From the NCBI GenBank assembly GCA_963732385.1, contig CAVSZB010000002.1:1-64000 (forward strand): 64,000 bases of DNA, given 5' to 3'. Of this stretch, positions 38,684 through 46,623 are shown piece after piece. The notes below the pieces were generated by a model that did no database searches, was not told where the DNA came from, and saw only the letters and a program-made list of their open reading frames with translations. This DNA comes from an uncultured bacterium. GTDB lineage: Bacteria > Krumholzibacteriota > Krumholzibacteriia > LZORAL124-64-63. Positions within the stretch are counted from its first letter, which is position 1. Every line of letters begins with the position of its first letter. The position numbers were made by a program, and so were the translations under genes.

Positions 38684-41092
38684 TCATCGCTCCTGGTCGT
38701 CGGCCGTGCGTGCGATCCGGAAACCCACATCGAGACGGCCGCTGTCACCGAAATCGCGGAAGGACAGGCGCAGCTCGCTGATGCCACTGTGGCGCCAGCT
38801 CGAACCGCGGATCACATGATACTGCCCGTCAGCCGGCCCGGTGGGATCGACCGCCAGCGGCACGCCGGAGGGGTAGACGGTGTAGCGGTCGCTGGCCCAC
38901 TCCGCCGCATTGCCACCCAGGTCAAACAGGCCGAGCGGACTGGCGCTGAAGCTGCCGACCGGTGCCGTCACCGCATGGCCATCGCTGTAGTCGGCCAGCA
39001 CATTGCTGACGATGCCCTGTGCCGTGCGATCCGCAAAGTTGCCGGCACCAGCCGGTGGCGGCATCGCATCACCCCAGGGGTATCGGCGACTGCCACCACC
39101 GCCGGTATGACGTGCGGTCCACTCCCACTCCGCCTCGGTGGGCAGGCGGTAGCCCGTGGTCGGCGGTGTCGCCAGCGCCAGCTGCCCGGCAACCTCCACA
39201 TAGGCGCGCGGAAGTTGCTCCTGGTCGCTCAGCCAGTTGCAGTAGGCCGCCGCATCCTGCCAGCCCAGCATCACCACCGGGTGGCTGCCCGCAGCCAGCT
39301 GCTGGAATTTCTCCGCGCCGGAAGTATGCCGGGGCTGGAAGGCGCGGTACTGGCTGTTCGTCACCTCGTGCCTGGCGATATAGAAGGCCCGCGTCAGGCG
39401 CACCTCGCGCTCGGTCTCGTTGGCCCGCCGACCCTGCTCGCGGCGCGGCGCACCCATGCGGAACTGGCCGGGCTGGATCAGCCGCAACTCCTGCCCCTGC
39501 GAAGTCGTCACGGTACGCGGTGTGGCTGCAATCACCGCCTGCTGCGGCGTCAGCAGCCTGGCCACGACCTCCTGCGGCTGGCCAGGCTGCGGCGTGACTT
39601 CAGTGCGGTAAGGCGCGAAGCCCGGCTTGCGGAATTCGAAGCGATGGGCGAAGGACGGCAGCGACAGTTCGCGCGGTCCGCTGCCCAGCGACTTGCCATC
39701 GACCAGCAGCTCGGCATCAGCTGGCTCACTGCGCACACGAACGACGCCGATGCGCGCCGCGAGTTCGACACGCAGCGTTGCGCCACGGCTGCTGCGGAGG
39801 TCCACGTCGCGGGTCAATGATTCATGGCCGGGCTTGCTCAGCGCGACCGGGTAGCTGCGTCCCGGCGGCAGGCCGATTTCCAGCGGCGTCACACCCCGGT
39901 AGCGACCCGCAACCGTCACCGTCGCGCCCGGCGGCTCGCTGATGATGCGCACCAGGCCGTCGGCCTGCTCCAGCTTGAGGTCGGCAATCTGCTGCGGCTG
40001 GTTGGCCACCGCGCTGACCCGGCGCGTGAGCGTCTTGAAACCGTCCTTCTCGAGACTGAGCATGCGTTCGCCGGCCAGCAGTTCCAGTTTGAGTGGCGTG
40101 GTGCCAGCCGGCACACCATCCACCAGCACGGCAGCACCCGCCGGCACGCTGCTGATGGTGACCTCGGCCCAGTCCGGCACGAGCCGGGCCTCGATGGCCT
40201 GCACCACACCGCCGCCCTCCACCGTCAGCGCGGTCTCCCAGGGCTGATAACGCGGTGCCACGATACGCAGCTGGTGGCTGCCGGCCTTGACCTCGATGGG
40301 TGGTGTCGGCGTGCGGCCGACGCTCAGGCCATCGATGCTCGCTTCAGCCGCAACGGCCGGCTGCGTGCTGAGCAGGAGCTGCCCCGGCAGGCGGTCCAGC
40401 CGCAGGCTGAAGTCCTGGCTGGGCGCATCCGTGACCTGGATGCCGAGCTCGCCGGGCACATGGCCCTCAGCGGTCGCGCGCACCGTGTAGCGGCCCGGCC
40501 GCAGCAGATAGCGGCCGGCAAAGCGCAGATCCGGCACACCCTGCATATCGACCACCGCGATCGCCGGATCCACAGTGACCAGCACGGCGCGCGAAGTCAG
40601 CAACCAGAAGGCGCACGCAGCCAGCACGAGCAGCGCCGCCCAGATCGCCGGTGCGCGCCAGCGCGGAGCGGCGCGGCGCCTGAAGGATGCCCGCGGCACC
40701 ATCGGTGGTGCCTGGGCCGTTGCGGCGGCAGCCTCGCGCGGCTCCGCTGCCGGTGGCAGCGTGTCGTAGTCCACAGCGCTGAAGCGCAGCCGGAACTCGA
40801 GCAGATCAGCGCCGAAAGCACAGCGGATCCGGGCGCTGCCGATACCGATCTCGTCACCATCCGCGAGCCAGCGCGTGCCGGTGAGCGGCACCTCGTTGAC
40901 GGTGACCTGCGTGCCGGTCGGCTGCAGGAAGGGCCGACCATCCAGCAGCCCCATCAGCGCGTGGCTCTGGTCCGCAACCGGACCCGGCAGACGGATCGCT
41001 GCGGCCGGCCCGGTGCCGATACGCAACGGCAGGTCGGCCTCGCCAAAGCGGCGCGTACCCGAAGCGTCATGCACGACGATGGCGGAACTCAA
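38684..41092 (-). CDS. FHA-like + TM + multiple PEGA domains + C-terminal FGE-sulfatase (SUMF1/C-type lectin fold) domain protein
   Basis: PEGA repeats (ISSVPAGAAVLVDG..GTTP; SEPPGATVTVAG; SEPADAELLVDG); HEVTN, RLPTEAEWE, YPWG, GLFDLGGNAAEW, RGSSW, GFR; TTG start overlaps the kinase stop. Confidence 0.88.
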   Translation of the reverse strand: MSSAIVVHDASGTRRFGEADLPLRIGTGPAAAIRLPGPVADQSHALMGLLDGRPFLQPTGTQVTVNEVPLTGTRWLADGDEIGIGSARIRCAFGADLLEFRLRFSAVDYDTLPPAAEPREAAAATAQAPPMVPRASFRRRAAPRWRAPAIWAALLVLAACAFWLLTSRAVLVTVDPAIAVVDMQGVPDLRFAGRYLLRPGRYTVRATAEGHVPGELGIQVTDAPSQDFSLRLDRLPGQLLLSTQPAVAAEASIDGLSVGRTPTPPIEVKAGSHQLRIVAPRYQPWETALTVEGGGVVQAIEARLVPDWAEVTISSVPAGAAVLVDGVPAGTTPLKLELLAGERMLSLEKDGFKTLTRRVSAVANQPQQIADLKLEQADGLVRIISEPPGATVTVAGRYRGVTPLEIGLPPGRSYPVALSKPGHESLTRDVDLRSSRGATLRVELAARIGVVRVRSEPADAELLVDGKSLGSGPRELSLPSFAHRFEFRKPGFAPYRTEVTPQPGQPQEVVARLLTPQQAVIAATPRTVTTSQGQELRLIQPGQFRMGAPRREQGRRANETEREVRLTRAFYIARHEVTNSQYRAFQPRHTSGAEKFQQLAAGSHPVVMLGWQDAAAYCNWLSDQEQLPRAYVEVAGQLALATPPTTGYRLPTEAEWEWTARHTGGGGSRRYPWGDAMPPPAGAGNFADRTAQGIVSNVLADYSDGHAVTAPVGSFSASPLGLFDLGGNAAEWASDRYTVYPSGVPLAVDPTGPADGQYHVIRGSSWRHSGISELRLSFRDFGDSGRLDVGFRIARTADDQER

Positions 41093-42960
41093 ATCGCTTC
41101 CTCGCAGCGGATCACCACGGGTGGCATGTTGCCCGCCGGATCGACACGGATGTTACGCCGGACATCGCGGTAGCCATCGCGCGTACCCACCACGACATAG
41201 GGTCCGGGCCGCAGCTCCAGGCTGCGGCTGCTGAAGGTGCCCAGATTACCCACCTTGTAGATCACGACAGTGGTCTGGTTGTCGGACTCGAATTGTACGG
41301 CCACCGGCTGTGCCGCCACGGCGAGTTGCGCCTTGAGCCTTTCGATCTGCCCGCGCAGCACCGGGCCGGGTGCCGGCACCGCAGCCGCCTCAGCCACGAG
41401 GCGCTGCGCGGGGCCGGCGATCGCATCGTCGTTGAAGCGCTCGGCACGCGCCAGCGCCTGCTCAAGCTGCTGATCGAGTTGTGCGCGGGCCTGTGCTGCG
41501 GCCAGGCCCTGCTGTACGCCCAGCACGTTCGCATCGATCGCCAGCACCGCCGCGTATCTGGCCACTGCTGCCGGCCACTGCTCGGCGGCGACCAGCTGCT
41601 GCGCTTCTGCCTGCAGTGTCGCAATGCTCGCGCGCCGCTCTTCGGCGTGCAGCTGGGCCAGCGCGTTCTGTACACCCGGATCCTGCGGACGCAGCGCAAC
41701 CGCGCGATCGATGGCCTGCCGGGCCTCGGCCAGTTGTCCGGCTGCGAGCGCGTTGAGGCCGCGCGACAGCGCCCGCTCGAATTCCTGCGCTGACTTGTCC
41801 GGCGGCGCTGGTTTTGGCGGGCTGGCAGCGATGCGCGGCGCGGGCGGCGGAGGCGGCGGTGGCAGCGCTTTCTCTGCGGGCGCGGCCGCTGCGGGTGGCG
41901 GTGATGGCTCCGGTGTTGCAGGCGGTGCGGGTGCCGCAGGTGTCGCGGCCACGGGCGGTGGCGGAAGAACCACCGGGCGTTCGCTGACCAGCTTCGGCAA
42001 CAGGAACAGCACAGCAGCCAGGCCCGCGAGCAGCAGGAGCGCGCCGGCATAGACCAGCCAGGCCGGCAAGCCGTCGCGGCGCTGACTGCGCAGCTTCTGC
42101 AGTACGGCTGGCGAGGCTTCGCTCAGTGCCGGGCTGTCGCCGCGCTTGCGCCGCGACCGACTGCCCTCGTCCTGCAGCAGCTCTTCGAGCACTGCCCGCA
42201 CCGCCGCCATGCCGACCGGCCGGCGTGCGGGCGACTTTTCCAGCAGCGCCGCCACGAGCTGGACCAGGGCCAGTGGCAGCGGCTGGCCCGCGCCATCGAC
42301 ACCGGGACGGGCCGGAATCTCGTTGCGGATCCGTTCCGGCGTGATGTCGGGGTGCAGTGGCGGCGCACCGGACAGCAGGTCGTACAGCAGCGCGCCCAAG
42401 GCGTAAACATCATCGCTGACCGTCGGTGAGGCACCGGCAAGCTGCTGCGGACTCACGTTCGACAGCGACACCGCACCACCGCTGCTGAATGCCGCCATCC
42501 GGAAATCGCAGAGTCGCCAGCGTCCGTCCGCATCGCCGAGCAGGTTGGCCACTTTCAGATCGCCATGCACCACACCCTGCGCATGCGCGTACTGCAGGGC
42601 CTCGACCACCTCGATCAGCGCGGCAACGATGCGCTGCCAGGCCGCACCGCGCAGCGCGGCGGACTCGGCACCGATCACCGCCTCCATCGAGATGCAGCAA
42701 CGCGCACCGTCGGCATGGACGCCATGGATACGCACGATGCCGGGATGCACGAGGCGCTGCAGGGGCTCGAGTTCGCCGCACAGGGTATCGGCAAGGCGAC
42801 TGGCGGCCGCCGGATCGGCAACGGTGATGATCTTCAGCGCGACGTCCACAGCCAGCGCCGTGTCGCTGGCCAGCCAGACCTCGGCGCTGCCGCCGCGACC
42901 GAGCAAACGGCGCAGACGAAAACGCTCCGCCAGCACCAGATCTGCTGCAAGCCCTGACAT
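41089..42960 (-). CDS. Membrane-anchored Hanks-type Ser/Thr protein kinase with Pro-rich linker, TPR-like helices and C-terminal PEGA-like domain
   Basis: LGRGGSAEVW, VALK, HGDLKVANLL, DFR, SPQQ, DVYALG; TM AWLVYAGALLLLAGLAAVLFLL. Confidence 0.88.
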   Translation of the reverse strand: MSGLAADLVLAERFRLRRLLGRGGSAEVWLASDTALAVDVALKIITVADPAAASRLADTLCGELEPLQRLVHPGIVRIHGVHADGARCCISMEAVIGAESAALRGAAWQRIVAALIEVVEALQYAHAQGVVHGDLKVANLLGDADGRWRLCDFRMAAFSSGGAVSLSNVSPQQLAGASPTVSDDVYALGALLYDLLSGAPPLHPDITPERIRNEIPARPGVDGAGQPLPLALVQLVAALLEKSPARRPVGMAAVRAVLEELLQDEGSRSRRKRGDSPALSEASPAVLQKLRSQRRDGLPAWLVYAGALLLLAGLAAVLFLLPKLVSERPVVLPPPPVAATPAAPAPPATPEPSPPPAAAAPAEKALPPPPPPPAPRIAASPPKPAPPDKSAQEFERALSRGLNALAAGQLAEARQAIDRAVALRPQDPGVQNALAQLHAEERRASIATLQAEAQQLVAAEQWPAAVARYAAVLAIDANVLGVQQGLAAAQARAQLDQQLEQALARAERFNDDAIAGPAQRLVAEAAAVPAPGPVLRGQIERLKAQLAVAAQPVAVQFESDNQTTVVIYKVGNLGTFSSRSLELRPGPYVVVGTRDGYRDVRRNIRVDPAGNMPPVVIRCEEAI

Positions 42961-42972
42961 GTGGCGCGGGAG

Positions 42973-44208
42973 CTATCCGGCCGGCGGACTGATGACCGCG
43001 GCCTCGGCGGAATCGATACCGGGCGTGCCAGTTTCAGCGGAATAGATCTCGCGGAGCAGCCGGCGCCACTCCTGGTAGCGCTCTTCGGCTGTACCGGTCA
43101 GGCGCCGCGTCTGGCCCTCGATTTCCACCACCAGCGGTTCTGCCTCGGCATTGAAGGAGCCGCCGAGTTCCTTCAAGGACTCGCGACTGATGTTGGCCTC
43201 GGTGTTCTTGCCCAGACCGCTCTTGATGCCTTCGATGCCGCCCATCACGCCGGTCATGGTGATCGCACTGTTGTCGCCGCCAGCACCCTCGTAGAGGATC
43301 GCGGCGAGAATCGCCAACGCACCAGCTGCGCCGCGCACGTAAGCCGAGCGTTTCAGATCCTGGTAGCGGATCACTTCTTCGCGTGACATCTTGCGCCAGT
43401 CTTCATAGGGCTTGTTGATCTCGTAATAGAGATTGGCGTAGTACTCGTTCAGCGTATCGACGAGTGCATATTCGCGCTCGCGTACCGCCTGCATGCGACT
43501 GACCATCGGATCGTCTTCAGCTGGCAGCCGCCGCAATTTGTAGATGCCTGCGCGGTCCTGTTCCAGCAGCCCGGCGAAGGCTTCGGGCACCAGCTGTGCA
43601 CCGTAGCGGAGTTCGGCGACGTTGCGCAGCGTGCGCAACTCGGCGGCCGACAGCTTGCGGCGGGCCGCGAGCAGATCATTGGCGATCTGGTTGTAGAGCA
43701 CCTGGTAGGGATCCTGCCCGGGCTCGCGGTACTGCGAATAGGCCTTCTCCGGTATCCGCACCGTATAGCCCTTGTTCAGCCATTCGCGCCCGGTCGCGTC
43801 CCAGGCACCGATGTGCACGCCGACATCCAGTCCATTGGACAGGTCGATACGGCCGGTAACGGTCAGGTCCACCGCATCCGAGCGCTGCGGCACCACCCAC
43901 ACCGAACCCCAGTAGCCGCTGGACTCGAGCGTGGTCTTCAGTTGATAGGGCATGTAGCGCGCCTCGGCCTGACGCACTTCCGGGAAGATCAGCTTCTTCT
44001 CGTCAGCCAGGCTGTCGGCACTGGTACCCGGATCAAAGAGGATGATGCCCACGTCCAGACGTTCGATATCCGGCACCTCGGCCGCTGCACGGACCAGTTC
44101 CGCCTGCGGATAATCGATGGTGCGGGCGGTCGAACAGCCGCCAAGCAGCCAGGACAGGAGGACGAGCGCCGCAAGCAAAGCCGGCGATGTACGCAGCCCG
44201 CTACTCAT
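42973..44208 (-). CDS. Hypothetical lipoprotein
   Basis: Lipobox LLGGC; 411-aa ORF overlapping the upstream stop (ATGA); glycine-rich amphipathic segment GAAGALAILAA..GVMGG. Confidence 0.75.
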   Translation of the reverse strand: MSSGLRTSPALLAALVLLSWLLGGCSTARTIDYPQAELVRAAAEVPDIERLDVGIILFDPGTSADSLADEKKLIFPEVRQAEARYMPYQLKTTLESSGYWGSVWVVPQRSDAVDLTVTGRIDLSNGLDVGVHIGAWDATGREWLNKGYTVRIPEKAYSQYREPGQDPYQVLYNQIANDLLAARRKLSAAELRTLRNVAELRYGAQLVPEAFAGLLEQDRAGIYKLRRLPAEDDPMVSRMQAVREREYALVDTLNEYYANLYYEINKPYEDWRKMSREEVIRYQDLKRSAYVRGAAGALAILAAILYEGAGGDNSAITMTGVMGGIEGIKSGLGKNTEANISRESLKELGGSFNAEAEPLVVEIEGQTRRLTGTAEERYQEWRRLLREIYSAETGTPGIDSAEAAVISPPAG

Positions 44209-45092
44209 TTCGTTTTCATTCCCATCTGCTTGCGGTATTCGTTCCAGAGCGCATCGCGGATCTTTGGATCGGTTTCGGCTTCGGCCGCCGCGCGAATCTG
44301 CTTGGCGACCTGGTCTTCGGCTGAACCATCGACGGGAATGTCGTCGGGAATCTTTGCCACCTTGCCGGCCTCGGCCGACGGCGACTCGGCACCGCCGCCG
44401 GTACCCTGGTTCTTGCCGGCACCCGCCTCGCTGCCTTCCTCGGCACCAGCTGGTGTGCTGCCCGGGACACCGCCCTCCATGCCTTCACCATCAGCGCCAC
44501 CGCTGCTGGCACCCCGGCCCTGGACCGACGGTAGCTCTGCAGCGCTGCCCGGGCCATCCATACCCGTCCCGCGACTGGCCGACTTCACCGCGGAGGAATC
44601 GCCCGACTCGCGGCCCTCGGCGGCGCGGCCCGAGCCGGTGCCGGCCTTGGCCATTGCGGCACGTTCGCCGCCGATTTCGCCGTCAAAGTCGCCCAGTGAT
44701 TTCTCGAAGGCGATTTCAGCATCGCTGGTGCCTGACCCGGCACCGCTGCCGGCAGTCTTGTTGCTGCCGGTGCTGCCCGGCGTACCGGCCTGTGTACCTG
44801 CCTGTGTACCGGCCTGTGTACCTGCTTCTGAGCCTGCTTCTGAGCCCGACTCCGAGCCTTCTGCCTGTGCACCCGACTGTGAGCCAGCCGATGAACCTGC
44901 CTGCGAGCCGGATTGCGAGCCAGCCTGGGTACCAGCACCTGCACTCGATCCGGATTGGGATCCAGACTGCGAACCAGATTGCGATCCCGACGAGCTCTGT
45001 GTACTCCCGCTGTTGCCAGGCGGCGGCTGAACAGGCGGACTGCTGCAGGCAGCGAGCGCCAGTGCTGCAACAAGGACAGGCATCCGTGACAT
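44205..45092 (-). CDS. Low-complexity Gly/Ser/Gln/Ala lipoprotein with ordered C-terminal helical tip
   Basis: Lipobox LAAC; QSGS/QAGT/EAGS tetrapeptide repeats; C-terminal IPDDIP..DQVAKQIRAAAEAETDPKIRDALWNEYRK. Confidence 0.75.
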   Translation of the reverse strand: MSRMPVLVAALALAACSSPPVQPPPGNSGSTQSSSGSQSGSQSGSQSGSSAGAGTQAGSQSGSQAGSSAGSQSGAQAEGSESGSEAGSEAGTQAGTQAGTQAGTPGSTGSNKTAGSGAGSGTSDAEIAFEKSLGDFDGEIGGERAAMAKAGTGSGRAAEGRESGDSSAVKSASRGTGMDGPGSAAELPSVQGRGASSGGADGEGMEGGVPGSTPAGAEEGSEAGAGKNQGTGGGAESPSAEAGKVAKIPDDIPVDGSAEDQVAKQIRAAAEAETDPKIRDALWNEYRKQMGMKTK

Positions 45093-45264
45093 GGGCGACT
45101 CCCGGGGCGCGGGGTTTACAGGACTGAAGCTGAAGCCGGAACGATTATAGCCTGCCACTCCGGCACCACGGTTCCGCTGCCAGGGAGCACAGCCCCGCAA
45201 CGTCTGCTAGCATCTTTGCACTGCGTCAGTTGCCACGCCCCACCTGAACACGGAGTTAACGGAC

Positions 45265-45732
45265 ATGTCCCTCAACCAGGCACTCGCCGAGCTGCAGTCG
45301 AAAATCGGCCAGGAAATCCATACCAGCGACTGGCTCACCGTCGACCAGGCGATGATCGATGCCTTTGCCGGCGCGACCCGGGATAAACAGTGGATCCACA
45401 CCGATCCGGCGCGCGCCGCCACCGAGTCACCTTATGGCAAGACCATCGCACACGGCTACCTGACGTTGTCGCTCTATCCGCTGCTTCGCGGTCTCGTCGA
45501 TGAGGGCAAACCGCTCGCGCCGGGCGTGCAACGGGTGATCAATTACGGCATCAACAAGCTGCGTTTCCCCAACGCCGTGGTGGTTGGCAGCCGGATCCGC
45601 GCCCACTGCAAGCTGGTGTCGGTCGCAGAGGTCAAGGGCAGCCTGGAGCTCGTCGAGGAATATGCCGTCGAGATCGAGGGCCAGGACCGGCCGGCCTGCA
45701 TCGCCGAATGCGTGATGCGACTGTTCTTCTGA
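45265..45732 (+). CDS. MaoC-family (hotdog) dehydratase
   Basis: IDAFAGATRDKQWIHTDP, TIAHGYLTLSL, NYGINKLRFP. Confidence 0.92.
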   Translation: MSLNQALAELQSKIGQEIHTSDWLTVDQAMIDAFAGATRDKQWIHTDPARAATESPYGKTIAHGYLTLSLYPLLRGLVDEGKPLAPGVQRVINYGINKLRFPNAVVVGSRIRAHCKLVSVAEVKGSLELVEEYAVEIEGQDRPACIAECVMRLFF

Positions 45733-46512
45733 GTGCAGCCGGTGGCGGACGACATCCTGCTCACTGAACGCCGCGGCGACACGCTGCGCGTCATCATCAA
45801 CCGGCCCGACAAGCGCAATGCCCTGTCGCTGGAACTGCTGGACCTGATCGGCAGCGCCTTCGCGCAAAACGCTGCAGATGCGGCGCTGAAGTGCGCGGTG
45901 CTGACCGCCAGCGGTGATCGCTGCTTTGCTGCCGGCGGCGATCTGCGCGAACTCGAAGCGGTGCGCAGCGAGGCCGACACCCTGGCCATGTCGCGCCGCG
46001 CCCGCGCCGCGCTGGAACAGATACGCCAGTTTCCGGTACCGGTCATCGCCGCGCTCAACGGACATGCGCTGGGCGGCGGTGCCGAACTGGCGATGGCCTG
46101 CGACATGCGCATCGCCACGACGCACACCGAACTCGGATTTCTGCAGGCGCAGCTCAATGTCACCACCGCCTGGGGCGGGGGCATCGATCTGCTGGCCGCA
46201 CTCGGATCGGCGCGCGGACTGCAGATACTGCTGGAAGCGCGACGGATTCCGGCTGTCGAGGCTTTGCAGCTCGGACTGCTGCAGCGGGTCTGCGCTGCCG
46301 ATGAAACGCTGGCCGACTGCAGCGCTGCTTTCATTGCACCATTCGTGGAACGGCCCGCACAGGTCCTGCGTGCTTTCAAGGCGCTTGCCCTCGGGAACAG
46401 GCGCGCCCTGCACGAGCGGTTGGCGAGTCAGGAAGAACGCGGCTTCACCACCACCTGGATCCATGCCGACCACTGGACCGCCGCCGCGCGCGCCCTGGCA
46501 CCGCGGCCGTAG
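45733..46512 (+). CDS. Enoyl-CoA hydratase/isomerase (crotonase) family protein
   Basis: NRPDKRNAL, FAAGGDL, PVIAALNGHALGGGAELAMACDMR. Confidence 0.92.
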   Translation: MQPVADDILLTERRGDTLRVIINRPDKRNALSLELLDLIGSAFAQNAADAALKCAVLTASGDRCFAAGGDLRELEAVRSEADTLAMSRRARAALEQIRQFPVPVIAALNGHALGGGAELAMACDMRIATTHTELGFLQAQLNVTTAWGGGIDLLAALGSARGLQILLEARRIPAVEALQLGLLQRVCAADETLADCSAAFIAPFVERPAQVLRAFKALALGNRRALHERLASQEERGFTTTWIHADHWTAAARALAPRP

Positions 46513-46623
46513 GAGCGGCCGTAGGAGCGCCTTCAGGCGCGATACACGCCTGGAATCGCGGCTGAAGCCGCTCCCACAGAAGCCGCTCCCACAGAAGCCG
46601 CTCCCACAGAAGCCGCTCCTACG
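46504..46623. repeat. REPIN C with tandemly expanded ends between convergent genes
   Basis: 2x CGGCCGTAGGAG, REP doublet, then 4x 15-bp GAAGCCGCTCCCACA (46564-46623, last copy ..CCTACG). Confidence 0.9.

Noticed and set aside
38684..38830. FGE/C-type-lectin C-terminus as a diversity-generating retroelement variable region
   Set aside because: No template repeat or reverse transcriptase was seen in the window
38684..42960. Type VI secretion locus (PpkA/Fha/TagR-like genes)
   Set aside because: No Tss core genes, Hcp, VgrG or PppA phosphatase in the window
46564..46623. Four 15-bp direct repeats as a CRISPR array
   Set aside because: Units are contiguous with no spacers, match REP ends, and no cas genes are present
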